Assembly (NCBI GenBank): GCA_051971635.1
Contig: JBFPLN010000001.1
Location: 1-64,000, forward strand
Length of the DNA stretch: 64,000 bases
Source: Candidatus Atelocyanobacterium thalassae
GTDB lineage: Bacteria; Cyanobacteriota; Cyanobacteriia; Cyanobacteriales; Microcystaceae
Direction: 5' to 3'
A program made the translations under genes and the position numbers. A model generated the notes under the pieces. That model searched no databases. It was not told where the DNA came from and saw only the letters and a list, made by a program, of their open reading frames with translations. Below, one piece after another: positions 10,521 through 19,093 of this stretch (positions within the stretch are counted from its first letter, which is position 1; each line of letters opens with the position of its first letter).

Positions 10521-11480
10521 TTATTGAGATACTGCCCATTCAATTACTTCTTGACCTAAATTTTTTTGATTAAGACTATTAACTTCTCTAATGCCTGTAG
10601 GACTAGTAACATTTACTTCAGTAAGGTAGCCACCGATAACATCAATTCCTACGAAATATAAACCATCTTGACGTAGTCTTTTCCCTAGAACTCTACATAT
10701 ATCATACTCCTGAGAATTAATTTCTGCTTTTTCAACTCTTCCTCCAACAGCCATATTACCTCTAAATTCTTGTCCAGTAGGTACTCTGTTGACTGCTCCT
10801 ATGGGCTCACCATTTAATAAAATAATTCGCTTATCTCCATATTTTGCTTCAGGAAGAAACTGTTGCACCATTACAGGTTCTTGTCCCTGGTATGTACTAA
10901 TTTCAATAATCGAATTAAGATTAGGATCCTTTAAATCTAAAATTAAAATTCCTTCACCAGCTTTACCTCCTAAAGGTTTTAAAACAGCCATTTTGTGTAT
11001 ATTTACAAAATCATGGATAGTTTCTTTATCTTTACTTACTATGGTTGCTGGCATAAACTGATGAAATTGTAGAGCATATATCTTCTCGTTAGCTTCCCGT
11101 AATCCTCTAGGTGAATTAAGAACTAAAGTATTTATAGGATCAATTAGGTCTAAAATGTATGTTGCATATAGATAACGAATATTGACGGGAGGATCTTTCC
11201 TCATAAAAACAATATTCATATTATCTAAACATATTAATTTTGTAGAAAATACTTCATACCAATCATAATTTTTTGATTTTTGTTTTTCTCTAAAAAATGT
11301 TGGATTAACCTCTATTTGGGACATTTTTGCCCAAGCTTTTCCTTCAATAATACTCAGTTTATTAATTTCGGTAATCCATACCTCATGTCCTAACCCTTGA
11401 GCTGCCTCTATCATAGCAATGGTACTATCATGATTTGGCTCAAGTTTTGAAATAGGATCAATAATAAATGCTAACTTCAT
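10521..11480 (-). CDS. gshB: Glutathione synthetase
   Basis: MKLAFIIDPI, FMRKDPP, KPLGGKAGEGI, TEVNVTSPTG. Confidence 0.97.
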   Translation of the reverse strand: MKLAFIIDPISKLEPNHDSTIAMIEAAQGLGHEVWITEINKLSIIEGKAWAKMSQIEVNPTFFREKQKSKNYDWYEVFSTKLICLDNMNIVFMRKDPPVNIRYLYATYILDLIDPINTLVLNSPRGLREANEKIYALQFHQFMPATIVSKDKETIHDFVNIHKMAVLKPLGGKAGEGILILDLKDPNLNSIIEISTYQGQEPVMVQQFLPEAKYGDKRIILLNGEPIGAVNRVPTGQEFRGNMAVGGRVEKAEINSQEYDICRVLGKRLRQDGLYFVGIDVIGGYLTEVNVTSPTGIREVNSLNQKNLGQEVIEWAVSQ

Positions 11481-11487
11481 TAATTTA

Positions 11488-11745
11488 CTACTCTGCTAAT
11501 AACTTATCTAAATCTCCTGCCAATTCTATAGAATATAATTCATCACAACCTCCAATAAAACTATCATTAATAAAAATTTGAGGCAAGCTACTTTTCCCTT
11601 GAGTTCTTTGAGTCATTTGAGTTCTTGCAGTTTCATCTCCATCAATGCAGTACTCAGTAAATTTAATTTTTTTTCGATCTAGTAGAGATTTGGCCCGAAT
11701 ACAGAAAGGGCAAGAACTCCACGTATATATTTCTACAGTAGGCAT
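11488..11745 (-). CDS. grxC: Glutaredoxin 3
   Basis: CPFC active site, SLPQIFI, IGGCD; ATG at 11745; directly upstream of gshB. Confidence 0.95.
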   Translation of the reverse strand: MPTVEIYTWSSCPFCIRAKSLLDRKKIKFTEYCIDGDETARTQMTQRTQGKSSLPQIFINDSFIGGCDELYSIELAGDLDKLLAE

Positions 11746-12091
11746 TATGTGTACCAAAAATATTAGTAATACTGATAATTGTACTAGTTTATGACTATTT
11801 GCTACGCTAATAAGTAATAAAAAGATTTAAGTATGATAAATCTTTTTATATTTTATTTAAGATATTAAAAGTGTTAATCCTTTTGTCGCCTCACTAATAT
11901 CTAGAAAATATGAACTTGAACATTCAGAATATTAAAATATTTTTGAAAATTATGTCAGGATTACTATTTTTTACTAAATTGTATGAATAATATATTTCAA
12001 TGCATATTGCATATATTATGAGAAACAAATCAAAACGATCTATGCTAAATATAAGAATAAGAGAGTTCACTAAATTTTTCTAACATTTACC

Positions 12092-12907
12092 ATGAAATGT
12101 GTTATTAACCGTCGTGCTGAATTTAGCGCTAGTCATCGATACTATTTTCCAGAATGGAGTATGGCTAAAAATGAAAAACAATTTGGAGTTAACAGCTTCT
12201 TTCCAGGTCATGGGCATAATTACGTTTTATTTGTTTCACTTGAAGGAGAAATAAATAAGTATGGAATGATAGAGAACCTTTCTTTTGTTAATAAAATAAT
12301 AAAACAGAAAATCATTGATCAACTAAATTATTCTTATTTGAATGATGTCTGGCAAGACTTTAGTGATACTTTACCAACTACTGAAAATATTGCTAGGATA
12401 ATTTGGGGACAATTATATCCACATCTATCAATTACTAATATCAAGTTGTTTGAGCATCCCGGATTATGGGCTGAATATCGAGGAAATAATATGCAAGCAA
12501 CATTAACAACTCAATTTCACTTTAGTGCAGCACATCGCTTGGCTCTTCCTAACCTTAGTTTAGAAGAAAATATGAAAATCTATGGAAAGTGTGCTCGTGT
12601 TCATGGGCATGGACATAACTACTTCCTTGATATATCTGTAAGTGGTGATATTGATGAACGTACTGGAATGATCGTAAGTCTAGAAGATTTAAATAATATG
12701 ATTAATGATTATATTATTGAACCATTTGACCATACTTTCCTCAATAAAGATATTCCTTATTTTGTTCAGACTATTCCTACAGCTGAAAATATTGCTTTTT
12801 ACATTGCTCAGCTACTAAAAGAACCAATTAAAAGTTTAGGAGTTTCTTTACACAAGATTAAGTTAACTGAAAGTCCAAATAATTCCTGTGAGATTTACTG
12901 TTCCTAG
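12092..12907 (+). CDS. Two-domain 6-pyruvoyl-tetrahydropterin synthase (PTPS/QueD family)
   Basis: Tandem T-fold domains, each with FSAxHR, HGHNY and PTxEN; C-terminal domain has C-x5-HGH. Confidence 0.9.
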   Translation: MKCVINRRAEFSASHRYYFPEWSMAKNEKQFGVNSFFPGHGHNYVLFVSLEGEINKYGMIENLSFVNKIIKQKIIDQLNYSYLNDVWQDFSDTLPTTENIARIIWGQLYPHLSITNIKLFEHPGLWAEYRGNNMQATLTTQFHFSAAHRLALPNLSLEENMKIYGKCARVHGHGHNYFLDISVSGDIDERTGMIVSLEDLNNMINDYIIEPFDHTFLNKDIPYFVQTIPTAENIAFYIAQLLKEPIKSLGVSLHKIKLTESPNNSCEIYCS

Positions 12908-13203
12908 GCAATAGAAACACTATGAATTCAAATTGAAGAGGAACAAAAATTAACTATATTTCGTTAATTAATGTAACATTATCTCACTAAAAACTAGAGA
13001 GTTAATCAATATTTGTCTAAATTGTTTTTTAAGGTTTTAAAATCCAATAAAAATGTTTATTATTGTCTTGTCTGTACTTAAAAGATCTCCCCCTTAAAGG
13101 TATCTTACAAGATAAGCGCAGGTTAGACAGTCTATTTTATAGTGTGATGTCTTTTGGCATTTACAATATTCACTTCTTAGATTTTGAAAAGGATAAAGCA
13201 GAT

Positions 13204-13614
13204 ATGGAATTCGATGTTCAAGAGCAAACAAACCCAAAAGACTTAAGTACTGAAACAGTAGGAAGTCTTACCCCAGCTTTTTCTCTAGGTAATCAGCCCT
13301 GGCAGGAATGGTTAACTCCTATGGTAGATATTTTTGCTAAGGTTCCCGAATATGTTGGGCAATTTTTTAGCGAGTATAAACAGCCACTAACTACTCTTGG
13401 TTTATTGATTCTATCTTTCATTAGTGTCAAGATCATGATTGCTGTTTTAGGAGCTATTGATGACGTTCCTTTATTAGCTCCTTTATTACAAATAATTGGA
13501 TTAGGCTATACACTTTGGTTTACTTGGCGTTATCTTTGGAAATCATCTAATAGAAAAGAGTTGCTTTCCGAATTCGAAGCAGTAAAAAATCAGGTTTTTG
13601 GCAACAACATATAA
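13204..13614 (+). CDS. curT: CAAD-domain thylakoid curvature protein (CurT/CURT1-like)
   Basis: AVLGAIDDVPLLAPLLQIIGLGYTLWFTWRYLW..SNRKEL CAAD signature; ATG 13204 preceded by AAGGA. Confidence 0.85.
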   Translation: MEFDVQEQTNPKDLSTETVGSLTPAFSLGNQPWQEWLTPMVDIFAKVPEYVGQFFSEYKQPLTTLGLLILSFISVKIMIAVLGAIDDVPLLAPLLQIIGLGYTLWFTWRYLWKSSNRKELLSEFEAVKNQVFGNNI

Positions 13615-13640
13615 TCGTTGCTATAACTTCATGATTTCTC

Positions 13641-13673
13641 GAATCCCTCCGATTATAAGAATTCGGAGGATTC
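13641..13673 (+). terminator. Hairpin downstream of curT
   Basis: gaatccctccga / tcggaggattc stem with one bulge, 27 bp after the stop. Confidence 0.6.
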
Positions 13674-14231
13674 ATCATAACTATTCTACAAATAATTTGA
13701 AAATATAATTTATTGAAGTGTAATAAATTATTAATAGATTAAACTTAACTATAAAATAAATTTACCAACCCATTCTAAATTTTAGAGAATAAAGTTTTTA
13801 GAATAAAGCTAGTCTCTCTATTAAGGTGATTTTTAATTTCTAGATAATAAAAAAGTCAATCAACATACAAGCTATTTAACTCAACATTATTTTATTTATA
13901 AAACTAGCAGGATATTTGCAAGTTAGTTTTTTGTCTACAACAATAAATTATATCGAATAACAACTATAGAATTTATATATTTAATTTATATATTTAACCT
14001 TGTAACAAGATTAACACTATATATATTAGGTTTTCAGCTTTAATGAACTAAAAATTCTTTAACAATAATGTAAATTATATTGGAGTGAAGGCAATGATTA
14101 TGTTAAATTTCTTAATAAGACACTGTGTCTATTAAAGTTTAAATCTTAGCTAGGATACTTAAGAAATAGTACAGTGAATCACTCACAATGCCAATCATCT
14201 ATCTTCTATTTGATAACGGATTATAGTTTCA

Positions 14232-14900
14232 ATGTTCTCTAAACAAGTTACAGATTCTAAAATTTATCAATGGTTTAATGATCGTTTAGAAATCCAAGCT
14301 ATTTCTGATGATATTACTACCAAATATGTTCCACCCCACGTTAATATTTTTTATTGTCTTGGTGGAATTACTTTAGTTTGCTTCATTATCCAGTTTGCTA
14401 CTGGTTTTGCAATGACCTTCTACTACAAACCTAGTGTTGCTGAAGCATTTAATTCAGTTCAATACATCATGAATGAGGTTAACTTTGGATGGCTAATCCG
14501 TTCTATCCATCGTTGGTCAGCTAGTATGATGGTTTTAATGATGATATTACATGTCTTCAGAGTATATCTCACAGGTGGATTCAAAAAACCTCGTGAATTA
14601 ACTTGGATAACAGGAGTTACTATGGCTGTGCTTACAGTTTCTTTTGGAGTAACAGGTTATTCTTTACCTTGGGATCAAGTCGGTTACTGGGCAGTTAAAA
14701 TTGTTTCTGGTGTACCAGCAGCTATTCCAGTAGTAGGAGACTCACTAGTAGAACTATTAAGAGGGGGGCAAAGCGTAGGACAAGCAACACTTACTCGTTT
14801 CTATAGCTTACACACCTTTGTTTTCCCCTGGCTAATTGCAGTATTTATGCTAGCTCACTTCTTAATGATTCGTAAACAAGGAATTTCTGGTCCTTTGTAA
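14232..14900 (+). CDS. petB: Cytochrome b6
   Basis: [26 protein letters not shown], ends [10 protein letters not shown]. Confidence 0.99.
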   Translation: MFSKQVTDSKIYQWFNDRLEIQAISDDITTKYVPPHVNIFYCLGGITLVCFIIQFATGFAMTFYYKPSVAEAFNSVQYIMNEVNFGWLIRSIHRWSASMMVLMMILHVFRVYLTGGFKKPRELTWITGVTMAVLTVSFGVTGYSLPWDQVGYWAVKIVSGVPAAIPVVGDSLVELLRGGQSVGQATLTRFYSLHTFVFPWLIAVFMLAHFLMIRKQGISGPL

Positions 14901-15040
14901 TTCTAAATCTTAAAAACGTTAATTATAAAAAATTAACCATCAGTAAGATTTAGATGATTTAATTCTGATTGTTAATATTCAGAAGAAAGTATTACTAATC
15001 CATTAATCCATTACTCATACTAATAAGGAGAATTAATTAA

Positions 15041-15523
15041 ATGGCCATCGAAAAAAAGCCAGATTTAAGCAATCCTAAATTGCGTGCCAAGCTAGCCCAA
15101 GGAATGGGACATAATTATTACGGAGAACCAGCTTGGCCCAATGATTTACTTTATATTTTTCCAATAGTAATCTTCGGGACTATTGGATTAATAAGTGGCT
15201 TAGCTGTTCTTGATCCAGCCTTAGTTGGAGAACCAGCTAATCCCTTCGCTACGCCTTTAGAAATACTACCTGAATGGTATTTATACCCTGTTTTTCAGAT
15301 TCTAAGAATTCTTCCTAGCAAACTATTGGGAATTGCTTGTCAAGCAGCTATCCCTTTGGGTTTAATGCTTATTCCTTTTATTGAAAGCGTGAATAAGTTT
15401 CAAAATCCCTTTAGACGTCCTATAGCTTCTAGTGTATTCCTCTTCGGAACAGCTATTGCATTATGGCTAGGCATAGGTGCAACCTTTCCTATCGATAAAT
15501 CTTTAACTTTAGGACTGTTTTAA
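15041..15523 (+). CDS. petD: Cytochrome b6f subunit IV
   Basis: [44 protein letters not shown]. Confidence 0.99.
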   Translation: MAIEKKPDLSNPKLRAKLAQGMGHNYYGEPAWPNDLLYIFPIVIFGTIGLISGLAVLDPALVGEPANPFATPLEILPEWYLYPVFQILRILPSKLLGIACQAAIPLGLMLIPFIESVNKFQNPFRRPIASSVFLFGTAIALWLGIGATFPIDKSLTLGLF

Positions 15524-15561
15524 AGTAGCCTGAATTTTAATTTAAGCTTCAAGTTTTTTAC

Positions 15562-15605
15562 AAGCCGAATATTCCTAAATTTTTAATACAGGGAATACTC
15601 GGCTT
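15562..15605 (+). terminator. Hairpin downstream of petD
   Basis: aagccgaatattcc / ggaatactcggctt, 14-bp stem with one mismatch. Confidence 0.65.
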
Positions 15606-15661
15606 AATATTTTATTTACAACTAAAAATTCATATACAATTCCCTAAATTCAGAAAAATAA

Positions 15662-15900
15662 GTAATCTTGCTAATTTCATAAATATCTAAAGCTTCATTT
15701 GTATCCATAATTTCTTTTCTAACAGTATTTGTTGTTTTATGGAGATTAATGCTTTACATCAGATCCCAAGATCATAATTTATCTTGTTGGCTTATAAAAA
15801 AATTAGTCTCTGATTTCGAGAAAATTATTTAACATTATATTATTTTTTTCTATCTAGCTACTATATAACTTTAGTAAAAAATTTTGAATTTTACTAGATT
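15662..15900 (+). pseudogene. Probable decayed GldF-type ABC-2 permease fragment
   Basis: Frame from 15662 reads VILLIS*ISKASFVSIISFLTVFVVLWRL...HNLSCWLIKKLV. The IS...LW spacing matches the C-terminal helices of cyanobacterial GldF-like permeases as I recall them. In-frame stops; lies just upstream of a GldG-like fragment. Confidence 0.4.
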
Positions 15901-15997
15901 AGTATTATCTGTAAACTATACTTTTTTAACTTCATCATCTATTAAAAAATGTATGTATTGTACTAAGTTCTAAAAATACTAGCTAATCACAACTCAT

Positions 15998-16219
15998 ATG
16001 GGAATAACTAAAATGAAACAAATAACTAGTAAGAAAAGTATTTTACGGTATCTGTTTATACCAGGCCTTATCTTAAGCATTGCTGGTTTGATAGCTGTTG
16101 TAGCAACTCAAGAATGGACTTTTTTATATTTCGTCGTATTTAGCTGTGGAAATATATTCCTATTTATCTGGATTTTTTATACAAGCTACATAAACAATCC
16201 CTTTAAGAAAAGACCATAA
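15998..16219 (+). pseudogene. Truncated N-terminal two-TM fragment of a GldG-family ABC auxiliary protein (or small membrane protein derived from it)
   Basis: RYLFIPGLILSIAGLIA...IFLFIW resembles the N-terminus of cyanobacterial GldG proteins, which are normally several hundred aa; stops after 73 aa. Confidence 0.55.
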
Positions 16220-16518
16220 TAAAGATTGATTGTATAATCTTTATTTTCTATTTATCAAGTTCTGACCTGGAAAAAATAGATTTTGTGGCCTATAACTTAC
16301 CAAAAACGATTTAAATAAAAAGAATATGTCGTAAATAAAAATTTGAGCTTCTCGATAATTGAATTATCAAAATATAAATATATGATCTGATTTTAGCAAG
16401 CTAAATTTCAAGAAAAAGTTATTATGCATAACAAATATTTCTCTATTCCAGAACTATAAAAGAGATTTTAGATGAATAATAGTCATATTTTTATACTCTA
16501 AGTAAAATTCTACGATCT

Positions 16519-18036
16519 TTACTTAGAGAAATAATCACTTAATTGGTCAACTAAGCCTTCTAATGTATATTCCTCTGCTTCAATATCAACTCTACCAAAT
16601 AAATCTTTACAAGTTTTTGAGGTTTGTGGACCAATAGATGCTAGGTGAACATTATTTAATTTAGACAAAAAATTTCCCTCTTTTTTACTTTTAAGAGGCA
16701 TATCTCTTAGTAAACCATAAAAATGTCTAACGATTTTAGAGCTAGTAAAAGTTATTATATCAACTCGTTCATTCTCTAATATTTCCAATATTCTATCACT
16801 AATATTTTCCGGGCATACTGATTGATAAGCTGGAACCTCAGTAATATTAGCTCCTCTTTTAATAAATTCTTTTAATAAAATATCTCTTCCCCCTGACTCT
16901 ACTCGGGGAAAGAGCATCTTTTTGCCATTTATATTTTCTGGAAAGTTTTCAACTAATGAATCAGCAATAAAATTAGGAGGTATAAAATCAGGTTTTAAGT
17001 AAAAATTCTCTAAGCAATCAGACGTTTTTCTCCCAACGACGGCAATTTTAATATTATTTAGAATACGAATATCTTTTCCTAATTTCTGTAGTCTTTCAAC
17101 AAAAAACTTAACCCCATTTGCCGAAGTTAAAATTAGCCAATCAAAGGATGATAGTTCTTGAATTGCCATATCTAGTTTACTCCAAGAGGAAGGTGGCACA
17201 ATTTCTAATACAGGCAGTGTAATAATTTCTGCTCCTGCCTCTTGAAGTTGAAATTTAAATTGACTGGAAGATTCATTAGAACGAGTAATTATTACTGTTT
17301 TACCTGCCAAGGGAAGATTAAAAGACGATGACATATTTCTTGATTTTATGACTTCTCCAACTACAATAATAGCTGGTAATGAATAATTAGCTGGAATCCG
17401 ACTAACTATGTTGCTCAATGTTCCTGTAATTATCATTTGCTTTGAACTTCCACAACTATAGATGATAGCAATAGATTCATTTGAAGACTTACCGTTGATG
17501 ATGAGATTGTTAATAATTTTACAAAGGTTTTTCATCCCCATAAGAATTATTAATGTATCATTCTTGGCTAATATTTCCCAATTTAATACATTTAAATCAT
17601 GTCCTGTAGAAATAGTAAAGGATTGACTAATTTTCTTGTCAGTGATTGGTATCCCAGCTAACATAGGAGCTGCTAATGCTGAAGAAATACCAGGGATTAT
17701 TTCATATTTACAATCAGTTTGTATCAAAGTTTGGATCTCTTCTGTAAGACGTCCAAATACAGAAGGATCACCTCCTTTTAGCCTTACTATCTGCTTTCCT
17801 GATAAACAATGATTTACTAATAGATTACTAATATATTTTTGATGAGTACTCAGCTTGCCTCCACGTTTTCCAACATAAATTTTTAAACAATTAGTTGGTA
17901 CTAACTCTAATAGACTCGAATCAATTAAAGTATCGTATATTACTACTTCTGCATGAGATAGTAAATAATATCCTCTAAGAGTCAAGTAAGATATATTAAA
18001 TACTCCTGAACCTACGAAAAATACTTTTCCTGCCAT
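16519..18036 (-). CDS. cobA: Fused uroporphyrinogen-III C-methyltransferase / uroporphyrinogen-III synthase
   Basis: GKVFFVGSG, VRLKGGDPSVFGR, IPGISSA, then a HemD domain (LILTSANGV, TFTSSK, SIGPQTS). Confidence 0.93.
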   Translation of the reverse strand: MAGKVFFVGSGVFNISYLTLRGYYLLSHAEVVIYDTLIDSSLLELVPTNCLKIYVGKRGGKLSTHQKYISNLLVNHCLSGKQIVRLKGGDPSVFGRLTEEIQTLIQTDCKYEIIPGISSALAAPMLAGIPITDKKISQSFTISTGHDLNVLNWEILAKNDTLIILMGMKNLCKIINNLIINGKSSNESIAIIYSCGSSKQMIITGTLSNIVSRIPANYSLPAIIVVGEVIKSRNMSSSFNLPLAGKTVIITRSNESSSQFKFQLQEAGAEIITLPVLEIVPPSSWSKLDMAIQELSSFDWLILTSANGVKFFVERLQKLGKDIRILNNIKIAVVGRKTSDCLENFYLKPDFIPPNFIADSLVENFPENINGKKMLFPRVESGGRDILLKEFIKRGANITEVPAYQSVCPENISDRILEILENERVDIITFTSSKIVRHFYGLLRDMPLKSKKEGNFLSKLNNVHLASIGPQTSKTCKDLFGRVDIEAEEYTLEGLVDQLSDYFSK

Positions 18037-18166
18037 ATTATGATGAACAATATTTAAGAGTTTAAGTTTACTAAATAGATATTAGAAATTAAGTTTCTTA
18101 TTACTTTTATGGTAAGTAAGCAAATTAATTTCTAAAAACTTTTTAAAATATCACCATATCAAATTC

Positions 18167-18562
18167 TCATAAATTAGTACGTTTAGAATATGTAGCACTA
18201 GATGTACAAGTTTCTCTAATTTCTACCATTTCTAGCCCAGGAAGTCCTGCCTTTTCAAGCTGTTCAAAAATCCATTGTGCAAGAGCTTCACTAGTTGGGC
18301 TTTCCAGTCCTGTAGTCTCGTTAAGATAATAATGATCTAGAAAATCTTTTAGAAGAGGATTTAGATAGCTATTAACATCAACGAAATCCATAACCATACC
18401 TTTCTGTGAACCTGTTTCATGCAAACTATTTTCAGTAATATACACTCTTCCTACCCAACTATGCCCATGAAGACGAGAACATTTACCTTTATGATGAGGT
18501 AATTTATGTGCTGCTTCAAAACGAAACTCTTTATATATTGTCCAACTATGACTTAAGCTCAT
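18167..18562 (-). CDS. queD: 6-carboxy-5,6,7,8-tetrahydropterin synthase
   Basis: FEAAHKLP, CSRLHGH (C-x3-HGH), LDHYYLN, PTSE, ETCTS. Confidence 0.93.
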   Translation of the reverse strand: MSLSHSWTIYKEFRFEAAHKLPHHKGKCSRLHGHSWVGRVYITENSLHETGSQKGMVMDFVDVNSYLNPLLKDFLDHYYLNETTGLESPTSEALAQWIFEQLEKAGLPGLEMVEIRETCTSSATYSKRTNL

Positions 18563-18829
18563 AATAAAATTTCATAATAACTAAATACATCAGTCTATAT
18601 TTATATCTTAAATATTTTAACTTTGACAAATCTTTAAAAAGCCACAACCTAAATACTTATCAAATATCTCATTCGATAAAAAATCAGAGAAAATTAAGTA
18701 TACAGCTTATTTATCGTCGACTATTTTGATGTTTGCTTATTTTTACCGATAGATAACACTCCTTAAAACCTATTAGTAAACCGAAAAAACATCATATACA
18801 GATTTTTTTTTTTTTTTTTCTATTTTAAC

Positions 18830-18859
18830 TTGACAATATACATAAAAAATAGGTATATT
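18830..18859 (+). promoter_or_regulatory. Sigma70-type promoter of tRNA-Asp
   Basis: TTGACA (18830-35), 18-bp spacer, TATATT (18854-59); T17 tract upstream. Confidence 0.7.
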
Positions 18860-18877
18860 AGTTTATGGATAACAATT

Positions 18878-18951
18878 GGGACTGTAGTTCAACTGGTTAG
18901 AGCACCGCCCTGTCACGGCGGAAGTTGCGGGTTCGAATCCCGTCAGTCCCG
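18878..18951 (+). tRNA. trnD: tRNA-Asp(GTC)
   Basis: Cloverleaf GGGACTG...CAGTCCC-G, anticodon arm ccgcc-ctGTCac-ggcgg, GTTCGAATC T-loop. Confidence 0.97.
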
Positions 18952-19020
18952 CTAAATAATCTATTCAAAAAGAAGGACATACACTGTATTTTATGCTGAT
19001 GTATATTCCATCAACATAGT

Positions 19021-19093
19021 GGGGAATTAGCTCAGTTGGTAGAGTGCTGCGATCGCACCGCAGAGGCCAGGAGTTCGAATCTCCTATTCTCCA
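19021..19093 (+). tRNA. trnA: tRNA-Ala(CGC)
   Basis: GGGGAAT/ATTCTCC-A acceptor stem with the G3:U70 Ala determinant; anticodon arm ctgcg-atCGCac-cgcag. Confidence 0.95.

Noticed and set aside
13063..13203. 47-aa N-terminal extension of CurT in the ORF track
   Set aside because: TTG start without RBS; ATG 13204 has an AAGGA RBS and gives a typical length.
13970..13995. Tandem AATTTATATATTT x2 upstream of petB
   Set aside because: Pure A/T low complexity, expected from slippage.
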